Part shown: in pieces, positions 18,531-27,725 of the stretch
Position numbering within the stretch: position 1 is the first letter of the stretch
How the letters are laid out: each line of letters starts with the position of its first letter
Source of the DNA: a bacterium
GTDB lineage: Bacteria; SAR324; NAC60-12
Reading direction: 5' to 3'
Assembly (NCBI GenBank): GCA_965233585.1
Contig: CBDDTI010000746.1
Coordinates: 512,001 to 576,000, forward strand
DNA: 64,000 bases
The notes under the pieces: generated by a model
The model's input: the letters and a program-made list of their open reading frames with translations, nothing else
Database searches by the model: none
What the model was told of the DNA's origin: nothing
Position numbers and translations under genes: made by a program

Positions 18531-20267
18531 TTAGCTACTTTGCCATCGTTTCACTAAAATATCGTAATTGACGGTTTCACCCTGTGGCTTTTCATTTTTC
18601 AACTTAGGCTTGGGAGAACCAGCTTTGTTCAGCCAATAAGAGGGGTCTCTTTCTTTGTTGAGCCTTGGACCGCATCCTCCGTAAACGTTAGCTCGTTCAT
18701 CAGCAACCTGCATTCTTGCCATGACTTGATCCATTTCACTAGCAAGACGATCCATCGCTTCTTGTGGGGTGAACGCTCCAGAGTTAACATCTCCAATCTG
18801 TTGCCACCAAATTTGGGCAAGTTTTGGATAATCAGGGACATTGACACCAGTTGGAGACCAACGAACACGGTCAGGCGAACGATAAAATTCCACTAAACCT
18901 CCCAACTTAGGAGCACGTTCTGTAAAAGACTGATGGCGAATGTCGCTGTCCCGAATGGGAGTTAAGCCCACATGCGTTTTCTTCAAAGACACTGTTTTAG
19001 ACACAGTGAATTGTGCATAAAGCCATGCCGCCTTTCTTCTGTCAACAGGTGTTGATTTGAACAAAGTCCATGAACCTGCATCTTGGTAGCCTAATTTCAT
19101 ACCTTTTTCCCAATACGGACCATGAGGAGAGGGAGCCATACGCCAAAGAGGCATTCCTTCTTTGTCTACGGTGTTGTTTCCTTCCTCAATAGGTTTGACC
19201 ATATCAGGAAGAAAGGAAGTGTACCAGAAGATTTGTTGAGCCACGTTTCCAATAGAAAGGGCTGGTAAGGATTGATAAAAGTCATAACTCGCTGCAGCAG
19301 GCGGGGCATAGTTTCTAAGCCACTCGTCCCACTTTCTAATTGCATAAACTGCAGCAGGAGCATTGGCAGCACCACCCCTTGAAACAGAAGCACCTACTGG
19401 ATTGCAAGTGTTTTTTTCCATACGGATTCCCCATTCATCAACGGGGACGCCATTGGGTAATCCCTTGCTTCCAGCTCCTGCCATAGAAAGCCAAGCATCT
19501 GTCATTCGCCAACCTAAATCAGGCGCCCGCTTTCCATAATCCATGTGTCCATAAACCCTGACACCATCAATGTTTTTGACATCATTAGTAAAAAAGTCTG
19601 CAATATCTTCATAAGCAGACCAGTTAACAGGAACTCCTAATTCATAGCCATATTTGGCTTTGAAACGTTTTTTGAGGTCAGGGCGGTCAAACCAATCTTT
19701 TCTGAACCAATAAAGGTTAGCAAATTGTTGGTCAGGCAGTTGGTATAACTTCCCATCTGGACCTGTGGTGAAGGACTTCCCCATAAAATCATCAATGTCC
19801 AATGTAGGCAATGTGACACCTTTACCCTCGCCATTCATCCAATCAGTCAAATTGACAGCCAGTTGCAATCGCGAATGCGTTCCAATCAAATCAGAATCAT
19901 TGACGTAGGCATCGTAAAGGTTGCGTCCAGTTTGCATTTGAGTTTGCACTGCCTGCACAACCTCGCCTTCTCCTAAAATTTGATGATTGACTTTGATCCC
20001 TGTGATGTCTTCAAAAGCCTTTGCCAGTACCTTTGCCTCATAGTCATGAGTTGCAATAGATTCTGAAAGGACATTGATTTGCATGCCCTTAAAGGGACGA
20101 GATGCTTTGATGAACCAATCCATCTCAGACATTTGTTGCTTCTTGGAAAGTGTGGAGGGCTGAAATTCTTGGTTGATCCATTTCTCAGCCTCCTCTTTTC
20201 CTGCCATTGCCGTCGTACACATGCCCACTGCAAGTGCTACATTGATACACGAATTTAAAAGTTTCAT
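18531..20267 (-). CDS. Sugar/glycerol ABC substrate-binding protein (GlpV-like)
   Basis: Signal peptide; EFQPSTL, NDSDLIGTH, QLPDQQFANLYWFR, GHMDYGK, NVPDYPKLAQ. Confidence 0.9.
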   Translation of the reverse strand: MKLLNSCINVALAVGMCTTAMAGKEEAEKWINQEFQPSTLSKKQQMSEMDWFIKASRPFKGMQINVLSESIATHDYEAKVLAKAFEDITGIKVNHQILGEGEVVQAVQTQMQTGRNLYDAYVNDSDLIGTHSRLQLAVNLTDWMNGEGKGVTLPTLDIDDFMGKSFTTGPDGKLYQLPDQQFANLYWFRKDWFDRPDLKKRFKAKYGYELGVPVNWSAYEDIADFFTNDVKNIDGVRVYGHMDYGKRAPDLGWRMTDAWLSMAGAGSKGLPNGVPVDEWGIRMEKNTCNPVGASVSRGGAANAPAAVYAIRKWDEWLRNYAPPAAASYDFYQSLPALSIGNVAQQIFWYTSFLPDMVKPIEEGNNTVDKEGMPLWRMAPSPHGPYWEKGMKLGYQDAGSWTLFKSTPVDRRKAAWLYAQFTVSKTVSLKKTHVGLTPIRDSDIRHQSFTERAPKLGGLVEFYRSPDRVRWSPTGVNVPDYPKLAQIWWQQIGDVNSGAFTPQEAMDRLASEMDQVMARMQVADERANVYGGCGPRLNKERDPSYWLNKAGSPKPKLKNEKPQGETVNYDILVKRWQSS

Positions 20268-20306
20268 ACTTTTACTCCTTGCAAATAATTAGGTTAACAA
20301 ACAACC

Positions 20307-20364
20307 GTAAGGTTCAAACCTTACCGTGATTCGCAACTCTATACATAAAAAAACGGCATGTCAA
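20307..20364 (-). promoter_or_regulatory. sigma70 promoter plus downstream palindrome for the glycerol-type ABC operon
   Basis: Minus strand TTGACA (20364-20359), 17 bp, TAGAGT (20341-20336); perfect palindrome GTAAGGTT-CA-AACCTTAC at 20307-20324. Confidence 0.55.
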
Positions 20365-20527
20365 GAAAAATCTTTTGCAATCTTTTTTTTGATTGAATTT
20401 TTTGATTGGAAACACTTCGTTTTTGCTTCGTGACTGTTGACGGTCAAATGAAATTCAAAAAAGTCATTGCACCCCATTCACACATTTTGTAAACTGCAAA
20501 CTTTTGTTCACTTTCAATCAATCAAAA

Positions 20528-23257
20528 ATGGATTACCTCGCTCAAGCAGACCCGCAAACTATAGAACATCTTTATTCTCAATATTGCCAAGACCCTCAAA
20601 GTGTTGATGTCAGTTGGCAACGTTTCTTTGAAGGCTTTGAGTTTTCAGGGGGGGGGATTTCCTCCCAAAAGACAACTGAACACTCAGCAGACCATTCATC
20701 AAATTTTCAGAAAGAGAGTGCCGTTGCCAATTTAATTGGGGCATATCGGCAACGGGGGCATCTTTACTCCAAAACCAATCCAGTCCGTCCCAGAAGAGTC
20801 CATGAAGCACCCATAAAAATTGAAAACTTTGGCTTGTCTCAAGAAGACTTGAATGCCACTTTTCAAGCTGGGGCAAGTATCGGATTAGCCAACGGTACTT
20901 TGCGAGAGGTCATTGATGCAATGGAAAAGACCTATTGCGGTGCGATTGGTGTTGAAATTGCTCATGTCAGACCAAGTGAAGCCAGTTTTTGGTTGAGAAG
21001 TGAGATAGAAAAAACTCAAAACCAACCCCATTTTTCTAAAGAACAAAAGAAAAAGCTGCTGCAGAAACTCTTGCAAACTTCTCTTTTTGAAAAGTTTTTA
21101 CATACCAAATTTACAGGTCAAAAACGTTTTTCATTGGAGGGTTCTGAAAGTTTCATTCCTGCCCTTGATGACATTATTAAAATCGGTGCAAAATCTGGGG
21201 TTAAAGAATTTGTAATCGGCATGGCACATCGTGGCAGGTTGAATGTTTTGGCAAACATCATGTCTAAAAGCTATGTTGATATTTTTGCAGAATTTTTAGG
21301 AAAATCTCTGGACCATACAGAATTTGAAGGAGACGTGAAGTATCATTTGGGTTATTCAGCAGATCGGACAGAAGAAGGAGGACAAAAAGTACACTTGCAC
21401 CTTGCCGCTAACCCTTCTCATTTAGAGGCAATCAATGCAGTCGTCTTAGGTATGACTCGGGCAAAGCTAGACATGCGTTATGCGGGGGACTTTGGCAAGA
21501 TTGCTCCTATCTTGGTTCATGGCGATGCGGCGATTGCAGGGCAGGGCATCAATTACGAGTTAATTCAGATGTCAGGATTAGCTGGCTATAAGATTGGCGG
21601 TGCAGTGCATGTGGTTCTCAATAATCAAGTTGGATTCACTACCAATTACCAAGAGGCTCGTTCTAGCGTTTACTGTACAGACCTTGCTAAAGCAACCAGC
21701 TCTCCTGTGTTCCATGTCAATGGAGATGACCCAGAAGCTGTGGCTTATTCCATTCAATTAGCCCTAGAATACAAACAAAGATTCAATCGTGATGTGTTTG
21801 TGGACATTCTGGGATACCGCCGTTATGGACACAATGAAGGCGATGAACCACGTTTTACTCAACCTATCCTTTACAATCTGATAGGTCAACACCCAGACCC
21901 TCTTGAGATTTATTCTAAACGTCTGATTCAAAACGGAAGCCTCTCCCAAGCAGAATTTGACAAGATGTATCAAGACCATTGGCAACATTTGGAACAATGC
22001 CTTGAGGAAAGCAAAGAGCGGGATTTTGTCAAAACCTCCAGCTTTTTACAAGGACAATGGAAGCAAATCAGGCAAACTCAAGTCAGCGATTTTGACTCAT
22101 CGCCCCAAACGGGAGTTGCGCAGGAGACATTGTTTGATGTCGTCAAGACCATTACTGATGTGCCAGAAGATTTCACATTCTTTCCTAAACTTGAAAAACT
22201 GTTTAAGACACGTCAAAAGATGGTGCTGGAACAAAACAAAATGGACTGGGCGATGGCAGAACTTTGTGCTTATGGAACATTACTGAATGAAGGGAAGTCT
22301 GTGCGATTGAGTGGGCAAGATGTCTGCCGTGGCACCTTTGCGCATCGTCATGCTGTCATTAAAGACCCCAACGATGAAACCACCTATATTCCCCTTGAAA
22401 AATTAGTCCAGCCTCATGGACTCTTCCAAATTTATAACTCTAACCTTTCCGAGTACGGTGTCTTAGGTTTTGACTATGGTTACTCATGGTCTTCTCCAGA
22501 TTGCCTCACCATCTGGGAAGCGCAATTTGGAGACTTTGCCAATGGCGCTCAAATCATCATTGACCAATTCATCTCCTCGGCTGAAACGAAATGGCAACGT
22601 ATGTCTGGCATTGTGCTTTCTCTTCCTCATGGTTACGAGGGGCAAGGTCCAGAACATTCCTCTGCCAGAATTGAACGTTTTCTCATTCTTTGTGCCAGTA
22701 ATAACATTCAGGTCACAAACTGCACCACTCCTGCCAATCTCTTTCACGCCTTTAGGAGGCAACTCATCAGAGAATTTCGCAAGCCTTTAATTCAATTCAG
22801 TCCCAAAAGCCTCCTGCGCCACCCTCAATGTGTGAGTCCCATAGAAGACTTTTTAAATGACACAAACTTCCAAGAAGTGATTGACAATCAACGCGTCCAA
22901 GCACCGCAACAAATCAAGCGAATCCTGTTTTGCAGTGGCAAAATTTACTATGATTTAGAAGAGTTTCGGCAAAGCCAACAAATAGAAAATATAGTCATTG
23001 TGAGGCTTGAACAACTTTATCCCCTCCCAAAAAAGCAAATCCAGAACGTGTTAGAAAAATATCACAAGGCTGAGGTCGCTTGGGTGCAAGAAGAACCTGA
23101 AAATATGGGGGCATGGTCTTTTATCCTCAGGCACACAAAAGACTGGTTGCCTCTCAAATGCTATGCACGCCCTGCTTCTGCTTCTCCCGCAGTCGGGACG
23201 TTGAAACAGCACAAACAGCAACATGAAGACTTGATTCAAAAAGCGTTGACAAAGTAA
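20528..23257 (+). CDS. sucA: 2-oxoglutarate dehydrogenase E1
   Basis: KRFSLEG, GMAHRGRLNVL, GDVKYHLG, HGDAA, WEAQFGDFANGAQ, PHGYEGQGPEHSS. Likely ATG 20528. Confidence 0.98.
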   Translation: MDYLAQADPQTIEHLYSQYCQDPQSVDVSWQRFFEGFEFSGGGISSQKTTEHSADHSSNFQKESAVANLIGAYRQRGHLYSKTNPVRPRRVHEAPIKIENFGLSQEDLNATFQAGASIGLANGTLREVIDAMEKTYCGAIGVEIAHVRPSEASFWLRSEIEKTQNQPHFSKEQKKKLLQKLLQTSLFEKFLHTKFTGQKRFSLEGSESFIPALDDIIKIGAKSGVKEFVIGMAHRGRLNVLANIMSKSYVDIFAEFLGKSLDHTEFEGDVKYHLGYSADRTEEGGQKVHLHLAANPSHLEAINAVVLGMTRAKLDMRYAGDFGKIAPILVHGDAAIAGQGINYELIQMSGLAGYKIGGAVHVVLNNQVGFTTNYQEARSSVYCTDLAKATSSPVFHVNGDDPEAVAYSIQLALEYKQRFNRDVFVDILGYRRYGHNEGDEPRFTQPILYNLIGQHPDPLEIYSKRLIQNGSLSQAEFDKMYQDHWQHLEQCLEESKERDFVKTSSFLQGQWKQIRQTQVSDFDSSPQTGVAQETLFDVVKTITDVPEDFTFFPKLEKLFKTRQKMVLEQNKMDWAMAELCAYGTLLNEGKSVRLSGQDVCRGTFAHRHAVIKDPNDETTYIPLEKLVQPHGLFQIYNSNLSEYGVLGFDYGYSWSSPDCLTIWEAQFGDFANGAQIIIDQFISSAETKWQRMSGIVLSLPHGYEGQGPEHSSARIERFLILCASNNIQVTNCTTPANLFHAFRRQLIREFRKPLIQFSPKSLLRHPQCVSPIEDFLNDTNFQEVIDNQRVQAPQQIKRILFCSGKIYYDLEEFRQSQQIENIVIVRLEQLYPLPKKQIQNVLEKYHKAEVAWVQEEPENMGAWSFILRHTKDWLPLKCYARPASASPAVGTLKQHKQQHEDLIQKALTK

Positions 23258-23347
23258 ATTGATTTGGAAAGATAAATTTGATTTTGTAGAATTTTTGATG
23301 ATGATTGATTTGTGTAATTACTATTATTTTATTTTTAGGAGTGGGTT

Positions 23348-23653
23348 ATGAGCATTACATTAAATTTGCCAATAAATATTGAGAATGCTTTGCTTGAAAA
23401 AGCAGAAGCAAAAAAACAAGATTTGGAGAGTGTTATTATTGAGTATTTAAATGATAAAATAAGTCATGATGTAAATGAGAGTTTAGATTTAAGAGGTATG
23501 CTTGTAGATGTGAGAAAAAGACTTGAAGAAGCTAAAAAAAGACCTAAAACAGATTTAGTATCAATGGTCGGTTCTGGAGTTCATTGTAGTAGTTTTAAGT
23601 CTATGGAAGAAGCAAATGATTTTATCAACGAATTAAGGAACGAATGGAGATAG
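23348..23653 (+). CDS. Putative antitoxin
   Basis: RHH-like N-terminus (MSITLNLP..IE..L...A); C-terminus EEANDFINELRNEW; overlaps the PIN gene; very AT-rich. Confidence 0.65.
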   Translation: MSITLNLPINIENALLEKAEAKKQDLESVIIEYLNDKISHDVNESLDLRGMLVDVRKRLEEAKKRPKTDLVSMVGSGVHCSSFKSMEEANDFINELRNEWR

Positions 23654-24087
23654 TTAAAAATCAAAGATATTATTTTGATTCAAACGTTTTTATATATTCT
23701 ATTGAAAAAATAGATAAGAATAAATCATCTATTGTGCAAGAGTTATTTGATTCTATTGTTAAAAATGATAGTCAGGTTATCACAAGTGAACTAACTTTAG
23801 GAGAATGTCTTGTAAAACCTAGAAAAGATAATAATATGTTACTTGAAACGTTATATGTAGATAGTATATTTAATAATAAAAATATTTTTCTTGAAAGCAT
23901 AGATATAGAAGTGTTGTTTTTAATGGCAGATATAAGAGCTAAAAATAATTTTAGAACTCCTGATGCAATTCATATAGCAACAGCAGTAAAAAATAATTGT
24001 TCTGCTATTTTGACGAATGATAAGCAGTTTAAAGCATTAGAAAATGAAGATATGAAAGTTTGGTATTTAGATGAATTATTAAAATAA
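23644..24087 (+). CDS. vapC: PIN-domain VapC-family toxin
   Basis: YFDSNVFIY, TSELTLGECL, RTPDAIHIATA, ILTNDKQF. Confidence 0.88.
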   Translation: MEIVKNQRYYFDSNVFIYSIEKIDKNKSSIVQELFDSIVKNDSQVITSELTLGECLVKPRKDNNMLLETLYVDSIFNNKNIFLESIDIEVLFLMADIRAKNNFRTPDAIHIATAVKNNCSAILTNDKQFKALENEDMKVWYLDELLK

Positions 24088-24210
24088 ATGAACACTCAAA
24101 GGCAAAAAAATATCTATAAAAAATGGAAAAAATTATTTTGCGTTGTGTTGGAGAAATGATAGTAAATGATAGTAGAGGAATTGATTCAAAAAGCATTGAC
24201 ACAGTGAAAG

Positions 24211-24732
24211 GTGTCTGATTTTGTCATCTCTCAAACCTTAGTTGGCTTCGCAATATTGTTAGACACTGCTTCCTTCCAATTCAAAAAGAGGGAGCATGTC
24301 TTGTTCATTTTATTTGTATCGGGCGGATTCATTGGGTTCCACTTCTATCTATTAGAGCAATATACGCCATCTGCCTTGATATTGATTTCAATGACAAGGT
24401 ATTTATTAAGTATCTTTTGGACAACCAATGTGTTGAAGTACCTCTTCCTAAGTGCTTCATTGACTGCTACTTTGTTCACTTATTCTGGGGTCATCAGCAT
24501 CTTGGCATTTTGTGGAACAACCTGTCATACATTTGGTGCGTTTAGCCCTGATAACAAAGTGATGAGACTTTGGATGGTCTTGGGAACATTGTTGTGGATT
24601 GTTCATAACTTCATAGTGTGGACACCAATGGGAGTTCTCATGGAAGTCTTGTTTTTAGGGAGCAATCTTTTGGGATATTACCGCCTCTATTTGAAAAATC
24701 AGCACTATTCACTTAAAAGCAGCCATCGTTGA
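24211..24732 (+). CDS. YgjV family inner-membrane protein
   Basis: SQTLVG.A....ASFQFKKR, HFYLL, LWIVHN patterns. Confidence 0.75.
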   Translation: MSDFVISQTLVGFAILLDTASFQFKKREHVLFILFVSGGFIGFHFYLLEQYTPSALILISMTRYLLSIFWTTNVLKYLFLSASLTATLFTYSGVISILAFCGTTCHTFGAFSPDNKVMRLWMVLGTLLWIVHNFIVWTPMGVLMEVLFLGSNLLGYYRLYLKNQHYSLKSSHR

Positions 24733-24889
24733 TGAAACGTTCAACACATGAGTTTGAAACCATTTGAAACCAAATAAATTTGAAATGAACGAGACCAAAT
24801 GGTGATGTCATCGCCCGTCAGTTGCACTATAAAAAAATATTTGACCCACCAAACCCCAATCTATTGAACCACTGAAACAAGGAGTTATT

Positions 24890-26077
24890 ATGATAGAAGT
24901 CACCATTCCCAGCCCAGGAGAATCCATTACAGAAGTATCTATCGCCTCTTGGTACAAAGCCACCGGCGATGTTGTTAAAAAAGATGAAGTCATCTGTGAA
25001 ATAGAGTCAGACAAAGCCACTTTGCCCATCTCTGCAGCAGATTCAGGAACTTTAGAGATTTTGATTGCAGAGGGAGAAGATGCCAAAGTAGGCGACGTCC
25101 TTTGCAAAATTGACACAAGCCAGTCTGACACAAAAGAGGTTGCTGACACTTCTGCTGAAACCACTGAAAGTCAACCAAGTCAAGCAGAACCACAACAACA
25201 GCAACAACCCATAGCCTCACCTGCGGCACAAAAAATCATGGCAGAAACAGGGGCTTCAGTAGAACAAGGCACAGGAAAAGATGGACGCATCACCAAACAA
25301 GATGTTCTCCAAGCCCCCAAACCTGCTGTCAGCGAGCCAACTCAAATGCCAGCGGCTCAAGCCAGCCAGCCAATGGCTGAAGCCCCCAAGCGGCAAAAGA
25401 TGTCCCGCATGCGTCAAGCTATTTCGGCAAGACTTGTCAAAGTTAAAAATGAAACGGCGATGCTGACCACTTTTAATGAACTGGACATGAGTCAAATCAT
25501 GGCATTGCGTCAACGTTACAAAGACACCTTCCAAAAAACCCACGATGTCAAGTTGGGCTTCATGTCCTTTTTTACCAAAGCCTGTGCGATGGCATTACAA
25601 AAGTTTCCTATGGTGAATGCCATGATTGACGGCAATGAATTTGTCTTGTCTGATGCGGCTCATATTGGAATTGCTGTGAGTACTCCTAAAGGTTTAGTCG
25701 TGCCTGTCCTCAAGAATGCTGACCAAATGAGTCTTGCTGAAATTGAACGAGAGATTTTGAATCTTGCCCTCAAAGCACGGGACAACAAAATTTCTATTGA
25801 CGAGATGCAAGGGGGGACTTTTTCCATTACAAATGGAGGCGTGTTTGGCTCTATGCTTTCTACACCCATTCTCAATTCCCCTCAAAGTGCCATTTTGGGA
25901 ATGCACAACATTGTAGAACGTCCCGTTGCAGTAGAGGGACAAGTCGTCATCCGTCCTGTCATGTACCTTGCTCTTTCCTATGACCACCGAGTCATTGATG
26001 GTCGCGAATCGGTCAGTTTTCTTAAAACTGTGAAGGAATCCATTGAAGACCCTGCAAGAATGTTATTGGAAGTCTAA
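24890..26077 (+). CDS. sucB: Dihydrolipoyllysine succinyltransferase (E2)
   Basis: Lipoyl domain [38 protein letters not shown]. Confidence 0.98.
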   Translation: MIEVTIPSPGESITEVSIASWYKATGDVVKKDEVICEIESDKATLPISAADSGTLEILIAEGEDAKVGDVLCKIDTSQSDTKEVADTSAETTESQPSQAEPQQQQQPIASPAAQKIMAETGASVEQGTGKDGRITKQDVLQAPKPAVSEPTQMPAAQASQPMAEAPKRQKMSRMRQAISARLVKVKNETAMLTTFNELDMSQIMALRQRYKDTFQKTHDVKLGFMSFFTKACAMALQKFPMVNAMIDGNEFVLSDAAHIGIAVSTPKGLVVPVLKNADQMSLAEIEREILNLALKARDNKISIDEMQGGTFSITNGGVFGSMLSTPILNSPQSAILGMHNIVERPVAVEGQVVIRPVMYLALSYDHRVIDGRESVSFLKTVKESIEDPARMLLEV

Positions 26078-26162
26078 ATTCAACGCTTCTGCCAGACTGA
26101 TGAATCAAAGTTTACAGACCTGCCTGTCAATCTTGTCCATAGCAGATTTGTCTGCTTTTTGA

Positions 26163-26230
26163 GTCATGGCAGAACTTGATTCAGAATCTCAAAAACAGAA
26201 GATGAGATTACGGGTCAATGCCGCAATGAC
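26163..26230. repeat. Inverted pair of degenerate REP-like palindromes
   Basis: GTCATGGCAGAACTTGATTCAGAATCTC and GAGATTACGGGTCAATGCCGCAATGAC. Confidence 0.7.
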
Positions 26231-26294
26231 GAAAAACAAGTCTTCATTTGATTCATCAGAGTTTTAAAACGATTTGGAGACTGAAGATTTACCC

Positions 26295-27020
26295 ATGACA
26301 ACGTTTGATATTCTGTACTTTGACAAACTTGACTCTACAAATACTCATCTGTTAGCAAATCCTGAACTGCTGAAACAAGATAGATTGGTGGTAGTGGCAG
26401 ACCATCAAACTCAAGGCAGGGGACGCATGAATCGTCAATTTTTGGCACTGGAGGAACAAAATTTGACCTTCTCCTTAGTCATTCACAGACAAATTCCTCC
26501 TGACAAAATTGGAATCTACTCTTTGCTTGCAGGGGTTGCAGTCTCTCAAACCTTGCAAACGCTTTACGGATTGCAAACTCATTTGAAGTGGCCCAACGAC
26601 GTCCTCATTCAAAATGCAAAAGTCTGTGGAATCTTGACCGAGTCTTCCAATCTTGCAAATGTGCTGGTCATGGGCATTGGAATCAATTGCTGTGGCTCTG
26701 GACAAGTTTACACCCAGCAATTCAACAGACCCATCACCACCATTGAAGAACACACCTCAAATCCTGTTGAGCGGGAAGTCCTCTTGACTGCCTTACTTCA
26801 AGAAATCCAACAACTTTTACAACAATGCCACCGAAAAAGCTCTGTCATTCTCAAGCGATGGCTCAAGCAAACTCAACAACTCCATCAAATGACCTCTGTC
26901 AAACAAGGTTCTGAAACCATTCAAGGAATGATGACAGGACTGACCGATGAAGGATTTTTAAAAATACGCTTGCTAAATGGCAAAGAACAAATCTGCTTTT
27001 CAGGAGAAACCTCTTTGTAA
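26295..27020 (+). CDS. birA: Biotin--[acetyl-CoA carboxylase] ligase, no HTH domain
   Basis: DSTN, QTQGRGR, LKWPNDV, KVCGILTE, GIGIN. Confidence 0.95.
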   Translation: MTTFDILYFDKLDSTNTHLLANPELLKQDRLVVVADHQTQGRGRMNRQFLALEEQNLTFSLVIHRQIPPDKIGIYSLLAGVAVSQTLQTLYGLQTHLKWPNDVLIQNAKVCGILTESSNLANVLVMGIGINCCGSGQVYTQQFNRPITTIEEHTSNPVEREVLLTALLQEIQQLLQQCHRKSSVILKRWLKQTQQLHQMTSVKQGSETIQGMMTGLTDEGFLKIRLLNGKEQICFSGETSL

Positions 27021-27044
27021 AAAACATCTGAAAACCTCCCTCCT

Positions 27045-27270
27045 GTCATGGCTCACCTTGACACGCAATCTCTAAACAACCGTCATGGCACACTCTGAAC
27101 TTAGTCATTACTCACCTTGACCCGCAATCTCTCTTGTTTTCTATCCGCGTCATTGCTGACCTTGAAAAAAGTCATTGCGGGACCTGACCCGCAATCTCAT
27201 CTTATTTTTTGAGATTCCGTGTCAAGCACGGAATGACAGAGGAATTTGCTCACCTTGACCCGCAATCTCA
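27045..27270. repeat. Cluster of REP-like palindromes
   Basis: At least five copies of (GTCATT)..(C/T)TGACCCGCAATCTC or its inverse GAGATTCCGTGTCAAGCACGGAATGAC. Confidence 0.85.
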
Positions 27271-27725
27271 TTCTTCTTAAAACACAGGACAAACACTTGG
27301 GTTTGTCCCTACTCTGCCACCTGCTTGCTTTTCATCATTTTTCTGTTTTTTGACTTCCCAATCTGCTTACTTTTCAGATTTTTTTGAAAAATCTTCAAAA
27401 CTTTTTAAATTTTTTAAATTTTTTTCAAACTACCTTCACACCTTCATCTTTCCTGACTTCCCAAAGACATTCTTTTGACAAAAAATCTTCAAAATTCCTT
27501 AAAAACCAAAAAAATCTCCTCAAATCCTGAGTCTTGACTTGGTTTTTTTTGTACGTGCATAATGCTCGTTTTGGTTTTTCGCAAAACTCCCATCTTGAAA
27601 ATAAATGAAGGTTTCATTTCAAGAGGAGAGTTTTTCGTGTGACAGCACCCTAAAGGGTGCTGTTGTGTTGTTGGTTTTTAATTTTTTCTCAATCTTGTTC
27701 AATTTTGTTTAATAGGTAGGTTTTT

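Larger units (their letters stand above)
23231..24207 (+). repeat. Direct repeat of the sucA 3' end flanking the TA module (23231-23257 and 24181-24207)
   Basis: TTGATTCAAAAAGCGTTGACAAAGTAA vs TTGATTCAAAAAGCATTGACACAGTGA, 24/27 identical. Confidence 0.85.

Noticed and set aside
27543..27550. Poly-T tract in a promoter spacer as a phase-variation switch
   Set aside because: Only T8, and similar homopolymers are common in intergenic DNA throughout this AT-rich window.
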